The notes under the pieces are model-generated. The model was given only the letters and a program-made list of their open reading frames with translations, made no database searches and had not been told where the DNA came from. 64,000 nt of DNA from Mobula hypostoma (lineage: Eukaryota). The position numbers and the translations under genes are program-made. Location: the NCBI RefSeq assembly GCF_963921235.1, contig NC_086097.1, positions 61,382,001-61,446,000 of the forward strand. Reading direction: 5' to 3'. Shown here piece by piece: positions 37,056 to 49,700 of the stretch. Within the stretch, counting starts at the first letter, position 1; the number at the start of each line of letters is the position of its first letter.

Positions 37056-38702
37056 AACACCTAAATTGCTAAAACCACTATTTCCATCAGAGCATGAATA
37101 ACTGAAATATTTTCACAAAAATACCAAAGTCATTCCATGTCATTGTGCAAATTATCTCGTCCCAAATAATGCATATGAAATATCCAAGCCATATCTGGCT
37201 GCATTAGCTCCCTGGTGCCATAAGCAAAGCTTTACCTTTCTTCTTAATGTTTATATGAAGAAGGGGAGGTAAAGGAGGTCTGTTGGGTGATGATTCACAA
37301 TGGGGTCATCCGCTGCTTGAATGATTGACTGATTCCACCTGAATGATTCCACTGCTTGCAATTTCTGCAGATATTCAGTAACCTTAGAACACAGAACAGT
37401 ACCACACTGGACAGGCCATACAACACACTATGTTGTGACAATCTTAATGCTAATTTACACTAAGTGTCTTCCTGTAAATCATCTCTATCCCTCCATTTCC
37501 ATCATATCCATGTGGCTATCTGGAGGCCTGTCATATGAACATGAAACACATGAATCTTACAGGCTCTCACAAGATTGTGATACCAACTGTTAGAACCTCC
37601 TCTGTTACTTACATGCCTAAGAAGATGCACAGTCAGGCATCCTTAGGAGACTCAGCAATTGCATCATGATATCTACAGCAGAAATATCTTTTGACTCATC
37701 CTAGCCTTCTTGTAAGCTGACCCCAGGGAAGTAGCTAAGAGCATGTTGCTCTAATAGTCTGTTGTTGAAGCTCTTCCCATCTAGAAAAACACATTGAACA
37801 ACCACCACTGGAAAATGTTTCAACAATATAATATTTTACATTATTTGGTATTGTAACAATTGTAAAAGGTTCTGACAAAATAATTGCAGCCAGAGTACCA
37901 TTATTTTTCAGCAGTAGGAAAATGGAAACTAATCACAGGTATGCTTTAAGATTATAATGAGATTCCCATTAGTAAAGAGATATATAAAAATGTAAATTAT
38001 AAGTCATATGGATGTATCAATAATAAACTATTGAATGTTTTCTGCTCATTCAATTATATTGCTGGCAGTTCAAGAAGATTGATTGAGATGGGAAAGCGAG
38101 GCATAGAAATACTTCACTCAGATGCAGATAAAATGGGGCTGAGAATCTTTCGTCTAGAAATTGTTTTCACCCTTCTGTTCATGCATTAAGTAGATGCTAT
38201 GCAAGGTGCCAATGCAAAATCAGTTAACTCTCAGAGAGTTTCAAAATTGGCCAAAATATATTTAGAAAAGACACTGTGCTAGTTGCTCCCAGTATTAAAG
38301 AGGAGACCTCAATCAGTTTGAGCTGCTGGTAATTTTTATAGGGTACCAATGCCAGAAGGACATCCAGCTTTAAAGGCACACTCCCCATGGCAGCTTAAGG
38401 AAGCAAAACAAACTAGTGTAGCCTTGAGGAGGAAAAAAAAGTAGTAGGAGAGAAGGAGAGAGAGAGATCCAGAACTTGTATAATATGGTAGAGGCTGGTA
38501 GAGGCCCTCTGTGCAGTGGGTCAGGAAAACACAGAGTTACTATTTTACCATTTAAAGGTCTTGGCAGGAGATGGCAAAAATAATCCCTTTCAGAGGAGCA
38601 CTTCCTGCACCATGGAGCAATGCCGCTCAGGATCTGGCAACCACAAAAATGTCAAGGTGATCTCAAAATCCACATTGAGGCCTCTTTAAATCTCTCACCT
38701 GC

Positions 38703-38772
38703 TCTCTCTCTCTCTCTCTCTCTCTTTTTCTTTCTCTCACATACACACACACAAGCACGCGCGCACACACGT
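38703..38772 (+). repeat. Compound (CT)n/(CA)n microsatellite
   Basis: Directly visible. Confidence 0.85.
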
Positions 38773-39569
38773 ACGTGTCCCATGATTGGCGGGTCTTGGG
38801 GTTGATGCCCAGATCATGACCACTCCAGGGTAGAGGCCCAAAGGTTAAAGGCCGAAGCCCCTGGGTCGGCTTGTCCTGAGATCAGAGCCCCGATGTCTCT
38901 GAATCTGGGCCATGGACTAGAAGCTGGAGGCTGGATGTCTGGGAGTCTGAGAGTCCAAGGCAAAGGATTGGAGACCCAGGGGGTAAGTTTATCCTGTGGC
39001 TGGAGGCCTATCTGTGTGTGTGAGTGAGAAAGGGGCTTGTTTTGCTGTTGCTGTCTTAGTTTGTTCTGTTGTGTTGTTGTCATGCTTGTGTTGTTGAACA
39101 TCGTGATCATGCTATGTGCAGTTTGAAGCTCCCAACAACAATGATAAGCCAATCACTGAGCACATATGCCCTGTTTGGGCAACATGTAGCATCAATGCAC
39201 ATGAAGAGTCTAACCATGAGCTGTGCTGAAATAAATAAATGCCACATATGTGATGTTTACAAATGAATTTAATCATTACCCTGATATTTGACAATTCCTC
39301 CCCTCAATTGATTTCATCCCACTCTCCCACTTCCAAGAGAAGATGCTACTGTAATTTCATCTGGGAGACGGAAAGCTGCTCCAGTCAGCAGCCTTGAGGG
39401 GTTTGGGAAGTTTGACATGCCACTGTTGGGATTCCAATGTTGCCTATATGGTTAGGAAGATCACTGGCGTACTGCCATTGTACAAACTAGAAAGCTGTCA
39501 CAGCACTTGCGCAGTTGCCCCTCTGAAGGGTCTGCTGCTCAGTTCATTCACGCATCAGCTGGAGAGACA

Positions 39570-39790
39570 CCCATTATAGACAGTTGCAGCAACCCCTGAT
39601 TGAATCCTAGTCTAATCACAGGACAATTTACAATTAGCCTACCAATCAGTGGGTCTTTGGACAGTAAGTGGAAACTGGAGCACCCGGAGGAACCCACACG
39701 GTCACGGGAAGAACGCACAAACTCCTTACAGGCAGCTGTGGGAATTGAACCCCTGTTGCCTGTTCTGTAAACCGTTGTGCTAACCATTAA
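39570..39790 (-). mobile_element. V-SINE-like element (HE1-like)
   Basis: Minus strand GGTTAGCACAACG..GGGTTCAATTCCCAC..GTAAGGAGTTTGTGCGTTCTTCCCGTGACCGTGTGGGTTCCTCCGGGTGCTCCAGTTTCC. Confidence 0.75.
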
Positions 39791-40687
39791 CTATCAATTT
39801 CAATTTCAACTGTCAGTGGTTTAATCTCAAACTCTTCCGTCATCCTCTCCACTTAAAGTTATTTTTACTGGCTGATCAGCAGTGATATTTCACCCATAGA
39901 TAATGACTGCAGACGCATCCAGGTTTGTTAGCTTTCGACGGATGGCTCTCAATAAATTGTCAGTTCTTCTTTGTCTTTTTATGTCATTTCAAATTAATAT
40001 TCAGCAGCATATTACTACATGTTGGTTTTTTGCCCTGACATTTTCACACTGTAATATTTTAATGAATGCTATTTCAACTCGTATTCTCAGAATTGAGACT
40101 TGCCTTAAAAAATGGATTTTGAAAATTCATAATTGGTGCACAAATTTCTAACCATCTACTTGTAAACACCGGGCATTACCCCATTATTTCTGACTCCATT
40201 TCCCAGAGTGGGGTAGCAAACCTTTTGAAGAGCATGTGCCCAAATCAGAATCAGATTTACTATCACTGATATACTGTGTGTCATGAAATTTGTTCCACAA
40301 AATGACGTGCAAATTGGCAATAATCTTCTGAAAATTTTTCTCATGTGCCACTGTAATTCTGAGCAATTTACTGCTAAGAATTGATTAATGAATCAGTAAC
40401 AATAATGATGGACATTTTTTTAAAGGATGAGTCATGTTGTTTATTTACATGTTCAGTGGATTGCAGTTAATTGGGACACATCACAACCAGTATATTTTGG
40501 CACAATTAAGCAGCTGCCCCAATTAGCCAAAGTTTTGTGGAAATAGTTAAAAAGGACAAAGTACAGTTTGACTGAGAAACAAATTATGTATTTAAATAAA
40601 TTACAGAGCAAGTTAGAGCACTACTAATGCCACCACCCCCCATTCTTCTAAGCTCCAGTGAGCACAGGCCGAGAACCATCGAATACT

Positions 40688-40734
40688 CATACATTAACCC
40701 TTCCATACATTAACCCTTCCATACATTAACCCTT
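40688..40734 (+). repeat. 16-bp tandem repeat x3 inside a small CR1 fragment
   Basis: CATACATTAACCCTTC repeated about three times. Confidence 0.9.
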
Positions 40735-41971
40735 TCATTCCTTGAGTCATCCTCGTGGACTTCCTCTGTTCCCTCTCCAATCCTTTCTTAGATAAGGAAC
40801 GCAAAACAGCTCATAATATCCCAAGTGCAGTCTGACCAAGGTTTTATGAAGCCTCATGATTACATCCTTTCTTTAATATTATGCGTGGGGTTTAAAGAAT
40901 TGAGAGGCAGCACAGCACATCACTTGCCAGCAATTTTTTTTCATACAATCATGTCCACACATGCCATATGCTTGTCACTCCTGTCTAGAATGACCTGGCT
41001 TTTGTCTGCTGTTACCCTTGCAGTGATAAATAGCAGGATAGGAATTCATTCAGAAATTCATCTCAATGCCATTTATAATTTGAAAAATAGTTTAATAGGA
41101 GTCATAAGAGCTTTTGGCAACAAAAACTCTAGATTAGTGTTTATTTTGCAGTTAGTTGTCTCTGGAAATCTTGAGAGAATTTGGCTCTGTGCCTCTGCTT
41201 TACAACTATCTGCTCTGTTACCTGGTAACTATTAACAAAGCTCCATGTTTCTGTAGTGCTCTTAGATTTGTGATGTATGTTTGATTGCAAATGGTATTGC
41301 TGGTCTACTTCATTTTAGTTACTGCTGTGTATGGAATTTTTCCATCAATGTGCATTCAAAAGCTCGTCAAGTTTCATTTTATGTGGGTATCTAGGATCTT
41401 ATTCCAAATACTTCAGCATTGGAGTTACTTTGCTTTTTGCCTGCTATTTGCAATGGTTATGATGCAGCAATACCAACTTGCACTCCGTGTACCCCTTAGC
41501 TATTGATTTTTAAAGATTTGTGTTCTGTATCTTTCCTGCCTCACTAACCACAGCGTACTAGAGAAATGCTTTCATTCTTATCTTTAGCTCTTGGACAGCT
41601 ACTGCATATTGTGAAAGGTAATGGCAATCTTGGACTTTATCTCTCATATATCATTTCTTTGAAATCATAGTTGTAATTTGAAATCATAGTTGTATTACAC
41701 ACTCAGAAAGAGAAGGATCTGGCGTAATGATAATTTACTTTAAGGGACTAATGTATGAACAAATAGAGAGCAATAATATCCATTCATTAAGTACTTTATT
41801 CCAGTCAGATTAGACTTTGTTTTGTGATCTTGTGTGGGGCCATGATAAGGGCAGTATTAACTTTATTGTGGTGTTTAACTTAGTCAACTAACACACCAGT
41901 ATCTAACTTCAGAAACTAATATCACAGCTGTTGGATTGAATCCAGTTATCTGTCCAGAATCTTTCGAAAAG

Positions 41972-43086
41972 TAGGCTTATCCAGAAAGTCAGAAGGCATG
42001 GGATCCAGGGAAGTTTGGCCAGGTGGATTCAGAATTGGCTTGCCTGAAGAAGGCAGAGGGTTGTGGTGGAGGGAGTACATTTAGATTGGAGGATTGTGAC
42101 TAGTGGTGTCCCACAAGGATCTGTTCTGAGACCTCTACTTTTCGTGATTTTTATTAACGACCTGGATGTGGGGGTAGAAGGGTGGGTTGGCAAGTTTGCA
42201 GATGACACAAAGGTTGGTGGTGTTGTAGATAGTGTAGATGAATGTCGAAGATTACAGAGAGACATTGATAGGATGCAGAAGTGGGCTGAGAAGTGGCAGA
42301 TGGCGTTCAACCCAGAGAAGTGTGAGGTGGTACACCTTGGAAGGACAAACTCCAAGGCAGAGTACAAAGTAAATAGCAGGATACTTAGTAGGATGGAGGA
42401 GCAGAGGGATCTGGGAGTACACGTCCACAGATCCCTGAAAGTTGCCTCAAAGGTAGATAGGGTAGTTAAGAAAGCTTATGGGGTGTTAGCTTTCATAGGT
42501 CGGGGGATAGAGTTTAGTAGTCACGATGTAATGATGCAGCTCTATAAAACTCTGGTTAGGCCACACTTGGAGTACTGTGTCCAGTTCTGGTCGCCTCTCT
42601 ACAGGAAGGATGTGGAAGCATTGGAAAGGGTACAGAGGAGATTTACCAGGATGCTGCTTGGTTTAGAGAGTATGGATTATGATCAGAGATTAAGGGAGCT
42701 AGGGCTTTACTCTTTGGAGAGAAAGAGGATGAGAGGAGACATGATAGAAGTGTACAAGATATTAAGAGGAATAGATAGAGTGGATAGCCAGTGCCTCTTC
42801 CCCAGGGCACCACTGCTCAATACAAGAGGACATGGCTTTAAGGTAAGGGGTGGGAAGTTCAAGGGGGATATTAGAGGAAGATTTTTTACTCAGAGAGTGG
42901 TTGATGTGTGGAATGCACTGCCTGAGTCAGTGGTGGAGGCAGATACACTCGTGAAGTTTAAGAGACTACTAGACAGGTATATGGAGAAATTTAAGGTGGG
43001 GGGTTATATGGGAGGCAGGGTTTGATGGTCAGCACAACATTGTGGGCCGAAGGGCCTGTAATGTACTATACTATTATTTGTTCTAT
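41972..43086 (+). mobile_element. CR1 LINE 3' fragment with an uninterrupted 320-aa RT C-terminal ORF
   Basis: ORF 42063-43025 (SGVPQGSVL, FADDTK, LVRPHLEYCVQFWSP); highly similar to 25463-27580 and 62210-62992. Confidence 0.95.
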
Positions 43087-44701
43087 TAGAAATGGACATT
43101 GGTAATGAAGACAACAAACTACTGGATGGGGGATTGCTGTAAAATACATTTTGGTTAATATATCACCTTCTGGAAATTAAATCTGCCTTCTCTTCTCAGT
43201 TTGACCTATATGGGGCTTCAAACCCATCAAAGTGTTGACTTGGAAATTGCACTCAGCAAGCTACTCAGTTCATTTGGGAGCTGGTTAATCAATGCTGGCC
43301 TTGCCTCTGATGTCCAGATCCACAGAAAATGAATAACCAAATCTTAAGTACTCTGTCAACTTTTACTTTGAAGGTTTGGAAAACTGAATCAGAAGATTGC
43401 ATAACGCCCCATGAAGCAATGTCCTGGACAAAAGTAGGGTTACAATCCACTACCCTTTTGCCTCCTGATACTGCTCAACAAACTGAGATCTTCCAAAGGT
43501 TTGTTTATCTTTTGCACAATTCTTACTAAATTATCTCCATTATTTTGATCATCTGTGCATGCCCTCATCCCTCATTATCAGAAATATGGTGCCAGTGAGG
43601 GCAGAGGGATACCAGATGCCGTGTTGAAACAATGCATTCAGGGTACTCAAATGATGACCCTGATTTGGATAATTGGATGCTTTCATGATAGACCTGATGT
43701 AGATGCACACTGAAGACAAGAATCACAAGGAAATAGGGCTGGGAGTAGACCTCCTGGAACCTTACCTGACATTCCATATCATTGTGGCTGAGCTACCCTT
43801 TGCCACATCTCCTGCTCTTAGTAAGTGGGTTGTCACATCTACCTGATCAAAAACAAAGATGACTAGTTGCTTGGAGGGTTTTGATCTCCAATTGTTGAGG
43901 TTGCATAGAGCCAGGAGACTCTTAAAAGTGCCAGGAATAGGTATGTCAGTTTCTGCCCTGCTTAAAACTTTTACTGCTATGCTGTAGGTACTTCATTTCA
44001 ACAGTCCTGTAAGAACAGTGTGTTCTGCTTTTACCATGTTTAGGTTTGAGCTAAAGATAAGGGGCTATGTTGTTCACATTAGGAATGTGTGTCAGCCAAT
44101 CAGGACGGTGAAATTGTGAGAACGTTCTGGAGAACGCTGGGCCGAGAGGTTTTTGTGAGGGAAACTGGTGTGGGTTGAGGTCTTTTTAACGGGAGCTGGG
44201 AGAAGACAGGAGGGGAGATGGCTGAGGATGCCATCCCTGTTGCACAAATTAAGCGTTGGTGCAATTCAAAGCAATTATTCGTAACTAAGGCTTGTGTTCT
44301 GAGTGGGATGAATATCCGCAATTCAGATGAATTGCTAATAAGAATTAGGTTCAGTTCCAGCATTAGGGAAAATTATGATTATGGAATGGCATTTTGATCA
44401 AACAGACTAGCAATGAAGTGACAAGAGTGGATCTGCTGTTACAATTGGGGCACCTAGAGGGGCGGGGCCATGTGTCGTCTATACTTATAGAGAAGAGGTG
44501 AGTGTAGGTGATGGGACTGAATTGGAAGTCAAGTTTCTCATGGCTGAGGGCAGGGACTTTAAAGACGAGTTGGACTCCTTTCTGTAGAGTGTGGGGAAGG
44601 AACTATCTGATGTGAAATGTCTATTGAGTCCTTCAGTGGTTGATTTAAATTCTGAGCTCGTTTTATCTATTACATTGCTGGTTGATAAATGCAGAAGTAT
44701 A

Positions 44702-46100
44702 TGTGACACAGGTTAATTAAACCCAAAGATGTAATGTTAGAAAGCTTCACCCATGGAGGGGTGAAAATGAGGTTACCAAATTTAAAAAAAACAAGAGAAT
44801 TTGGAAAAAAAGCTAAGCAAGAATGAGGCATGGCTGATGCAGGCAGGAACAAGTGAGAGAAACACAGCAAACTATTGGGAACTAAAGATATACACTGTTA
44901 AAAGTTGAATTAGTAGTGAGTATCTCTACACTACTTAGTTGAAAATCTCAGGGTGAAACCCCTGGAGGAGAGATGATGGCAATAAAAAGTTAATTGAAGC
45001 TACGGCGATAACAAACAGCAACTATATTGAGACAATATCAGCAGTGATGATGGTCCAAAATCTCTACCATGTAACCAGGAATTAGTTCTGTTAAAGCATA
45101 CCAAAGGATTTGGTCAGGTTTTTTTTTAGAATAGGTTTTGTGAATCGACTTTCCGTGGATGACCAACTATTTCATTCAACAAACCAAGAAACAAAATGGC
45201 GAGCTACCCAACATTGAAGAACCAGTGTGGGAACAAAATGTTTCAAGACGTAGAGGATTTAATAGGTTGAATGTATCAGTTTATTTTTCATTTGAAGGAA
45301 CTGAATTTGATATTCTAGAAGAACTGATTATTTTTGCAAAGACTTTGATAAGTTACTGAATGAGATTTACTTTGTTTAAAAATTGTGAGGTTGGAGAATT
45401 TGTCGTGAAAGGAGGAACACTGTGTGTAGGTGTCTGTGTATATATATATACCTTTTTTTCCAAATTCTCTTGTTTTTTTTTAATTTGGTAACCACATTTT
45501 CACCCCTCTATGGGCGAAGCTTTCTAACATTACATCTTTGGGTTTAATTAACCTGTGCTACTTATACTTATACACACATATATATTTGTATGTTTTTTTT
45601 TGTTTGTTTATTGGTGTTGATTTTGAATTTGTAAGCATACTGACATGAACTGAAATGGAAGTTAGTGTTAATACTTAAGATTAGGGATTCAATTAGTTTT
45701 ATAACTAACTAGGGATAAATAAAAAGGGAAGGTTAGTCTGTAAACCTTTAAATAGGGAATAACACTAGATCTAATTAGTTAGAGAAATTGGAGTAATAAA
45801 GATTATTTTAATGTATCTCACTGATTCTAACTGAAAAGGAATTTTGTTTTCATTTGATATCTGAGATCTGGAACTTAAATCAGGAATTTTGAATTGTTCT
45901 TACTCATGTATATATTTTGTATATATTGCCATTTTTTATAACCAAACTTACCTCTAGAAGTGTGTGTTTTCTACTCACTGCCTCCTTTCGATATCTAGAG
46001 CTTCTGATGGCCTACTAGCACCTAGTGTAATACAATGTAATTTGATTTTCTCATAAAGAATGTAGCCACCAGTCACACAAGATATGACAAGCTCTACACA
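44702..46100. mobile_element. ~1.4 kb insertion in gag, possibly LTR-like, with an internal ~106-bp inverted duplication
   Basis: Interrupts the gag remnant; starts TGTGAC; 44707-44812 is an imperfect reverse complement of 45452-45557. Confidence 0.5.
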
Positions 46101-46947
46101 GATATTACATAAAACTGTGGAGAGCCAAAGCTATTGTCCGTTGGGAGTGTTCTCTGGGTCAAGTCCACAACCGATGTGGAAGAAGAATATAAGGCTTGGG
46201 CTGAGCAAACTTCTCAATTACCGGATGAATGGTAGTGTTCAGATAATACGAAAAAAACTAAGCTGGTAAGGAGCTTAAAGGGCCCAGTGAGTGATACAAT
46301 GAGGTTCCTCAAGGCAGAAAATCCATTAACCACCTCAGCTAATTACTTTGTACTTGCAAGTTTCGGAAGATGCTTTTGGTACTGTTGAAAGTGCAGCTGA
46401 TCCTAGAATGAAGTTTAGGCACACATTTCAGGATGAAGGAGAGAAATTGTATATCTACATTTTCAGATTGGAGAAGCTGCTGCATTGTTTGTGCCACAAA
46501 GGAATCATTCAACTGTCTTAGAGAAATTGCTTGAGCATGAAGTAAGGTGTGAAGGGCACACTGTCACATGACGTGATTGCTCTACGTATTCGAATGACCT
46601 GCAAAATGTGCCCTCCTCCATCTTTTATCGAGTTACTCAGAGAAGTTAGAGAGGAGAAAAGCACAATGGAGGAGGGGGGGCACTCTCTCTTGGACAGGAT
46701 GGGTCACAAGGTGTGGTTGAAGCTGGAGGAGCCGAAGAAGGGATAAGGAAGTCTCAAAGTGTCAGGAAACCCCCAGATAGGCTGGCCTATAATGCACCAA
46801 GGAAACAGAGTGTTGCATTTATCTCCCTAGTGAGATACGTCACTACCATTTACAAATGGATTGGAGGTCCTGACTTCACCAAATTCCTTTGAAAACTGTG
46901 TAATTAATGATGGGTTGATAAATTTCAAAGTCATGAGGACATGATTA

Positions 46948-47618
46948 CAGACATCCCACCTCTCCCGGAACTTCCGGGAATCTCCCGCATATTAATAGTG
47001 GCTCCCTGATGCCCGCAAATTATATACAATGTCCCGGAAATTGATTTTTTTTTGAGAGCAGACGTGAGAGAATGCGCGAGAAAGAGCGAGCGCGAGAGCA
47101 AGAAAGCAAGCACGAGTGAGAGCGACCGTGAGAGAGAGCGAGAGCAAAGCGAGAAAGCAAGAGCGAGAGAGCGAGCGCAAGTGAGAGAGAGAGAGACCGA
47201 GAGCGAGAGAGCGAGCGTGAGTGAGAGCAACCATGAACGAGAGAGAGAACGAGAGAGTTCCAAAAAATGTCAGAGTAGCAAAGTGTTCCAAAAAAAGAAA
47301 ATATAAAATGTACATCACTCCAGACTACCCTAAAGTGCACCCCTGCCTAATAGGGGTCAAAAATAATGACAGTGTTGCTCGCGGCACTGTTTGCAACAGT
47401 GACTTTTCTATTGCCCATGGTGGGTTAAGACTGTAAAAGACATGTTGAGATGAGTTTAACAGGTGTCATTCATTCATTAGCATAGCTAATGTTATTTAAA
47501 CTAGCTGACTAGCTGCTAAGGAGCTACTCTACTGCAGACACCACACCTCTCCCGGAAGTCACCCGCAAATTGATGGTGCTACCTCCCTGAAATGAGTTTT
47601 TGCAGGGTGGGATGTCTG
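46948..47618 (+). mobile_element. Non-autonomous hAT-like DNA transposon with BED-finger remnant
   Basis: 13-bp TIRs CAGACATCCCACC / GGTGGGATGTCTG; internal ARGTVCNSDFSIAHGG..CKRHVE resembles a transposase N-terminal zinc finger; flanks TGATTA / TGACTA. Confidence 0.78.
47052..47258 (+). repeat. GA/GC-rich low-complexity tract inside the hAT-like element
   Basis: (GAGC/GAGA)n-like sequence. Confidence 0.9.
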
Positions 47619-48457
47619 TGACTATTTTTGGTGGGGGGGGGGCATGGGGGGATGTAATGCCCTGCTTAAGATTTTTAGTGCTATGCTGCAGGACTTTCAT
47701 TTTAGCATTTCTGTAAGACCAGTCTGTTCTGCTCTTTGCATGTTTGGGTTTGAGCTAAAGATGAGTGCCTATGTTGTGTCAGCCAATCAGGCTGGTGGAA
47801 TTGGGAGAACATTCTAGAGAATGCCGGACAGCGAGGTTTTTGTGAGGGACACTGGTCTGGATTAAGGTCTTTTAGGCAGGAGTTGGGAGAAGACAGGAGG
47901 AAAAATGGCTGAGGATGCCATCCCTGTTGCACAAGGTGCTTCGTGCAGATAAATGGCTTCAAGGAAGAAGGACCAATACTCCAGTGAGGGAGCCCATTGG
48001 TTTGAGATGGATTTCAAGCAACATTTGGAAGATGGTGTGTGCTTTCACAGAGACTGTGTGTCCAGTGTGTGTGTTAAATACAACTTCAAGATGAGTTCCA
48101 ACTCACTGCTGAGTCGAGCAGTGTTAGCCAGGGGCTATCGAGCTGCTGCTCTAGAGGATTTCAGCCGCTTCAGTGAGAAGAGATGGGCCATGCAATAGAT
48201 CAGATCTAATTGTAAACTGAGTAAAATATGATGCTTCAGTGGCTGAAATTTTCTCAGTTATTCTTCATTGTGCATCTTAAATTGCTAATTATTAAAAAGG
48301 TTAAAAAAAACTCAGCTGTTGTTCCATGAGTGATTTCTCATTGTTGAATAATCATGGATTTTAATGGTTTGAAACATTAAATCCTCAATTTATCTGTATC
48401 AAATAAATTTGTATTGATTAATACTCTTAAGTTGCTCTAATCACACTATTGACCAGA

Positions 48458-48610
48458 CAGAATCAGGTTTATTATCACCTCCATGTGTCATGAAATTTCT
48501 TGTTTTGCTGCAGCAGTAAAGAGTAATATATAAAAATATTATAAATTGGAATAATAAAAATATATATGAAACAAGCAGTATGAAAACAGAGCAAAAATAG
48601 TGAAGTAGTG
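48458..48610 (-). mobile_element. Rex1/Babar-type LINE 3' tail fragment
   Basis: Reverse complement ends TAATAAACCTGATTCT, matching the tail at 52605-52624. Confidence 0.6.
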
Positions 48611-49664
48611 TCACAGCACTTCAAGGGACCTTGGATCACCTGGTCAATACAAATACCTGTGTCAGGTTGCTGTTTATTGAGCTTAGCATTTAACACACAT
48701 TCATATAGTTCTGATCAAAAAGCTCCAGAACCCGGGCCTCTGTACCACCCTCTGCCACTGGATGCTGGATTTCCTAACTAGAAGACCACAATCAGTGCGT
48801 GTTGGAAACAACATCTCCACCTCACCGAAAATCAAACCTAACACACCATAGGGATGTGTGCTTAGTCCACCAGTCTACTCTCTCTCATAATTGTGTGGCT
48901 AGGCAGAGCTCAAATGCTATCTATTAATTTGCCAATGATACAATCTGAAATCATTGGCAGAATTTCAGATGGTGATGAGATACAGGAGCGAGATAGATCA
49001 GCTAAATGAGTAATGTTATAGCAAAATCCTTTCACTCAACCTCACTAAGAACAAGAACTGAATGCGGACTTCGGGAAGGATTAAAATGAGGGAACACACA
49101 CCAGTCCTCACAGAGGGATCAGAAGTAGAGAGAGTCAGTAATTTCAAGTTCCAGAGTGTCAATTTCTCTGCGGATCTAATCTGGATGCAACATCAAAGAA
49201 GGCACAACAGTGGCTATATTTCAATAGGAGCTTAAAAGATTTGGTATGTCACAAAAACACTTGAAAAATTTTACAGACATACCATGCAGAGTATTCAAAC
49301 TGGCTGCATCACCATCTGGTCGGGGGGGGGAGGGGTGCGGTGGTGGTGCTACTGCACAGGATCAGAGTACGCTGCAGAGAGTTGTAAACTTGGTGGCTCC
49401 ATCTTGAGCACTAGCATCCATCGTATGTCCAGGATATCTTCAAGGAGTGATGCCTCAAAAAGGCGGTGTCCATCCTTAAGGACCCCGTCACCCAGGTCAT
49501 GCCCTCTTCTCATTGTTACCTTCAGGAAGGAGGTACAGAAGCATAAAGCACACACTCAAAAGTTCAAGAACAGCTTCTTCCCGTCTGCCATCTGATTTCT
49601 GAATGGAGATTGACCCAATGAACACTACCTCACTACTTTTATTTCTATTTTTCACACTATTTAT

Positions 49665-49700
<36 letters not shown>

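Larger units (their letters stand above)
43954..48110 (+). mobile_element. Internally deleted PNMA-gag Gypsy element with two nested insertions
   Basis: Direct repeats 43954-44248 and 47653-~47935 (LTRs); gag remnants at ~44400-44700 and 46110-46680 (LGVFSG, PPPSFIELLREVREE); integrase tail RKPPDRLAY near 46760; G-rich PPT before TGTAAT at 47653. Confidence 0.8.

Noticed and set aside
37235..37383. Minus-strand AG...GT bounded segment as a coding exon
   Set aside because: Stops occur in all three frames and the acceptor derives from a CR1-type tail.
40825..41506. Hydrophobic 136-aa and 73-aa ORFs as membrane proteins
   Set aside because: The first begins inside a CR1 fragment; T-rich composition explains the hydrophobicity; no family motif.
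46931..47340. Overlapping SL-rich and RE-rich ORFs
   Set aside because: Artefacts of the GA/GC low-complexity tract in the hAT-like element.
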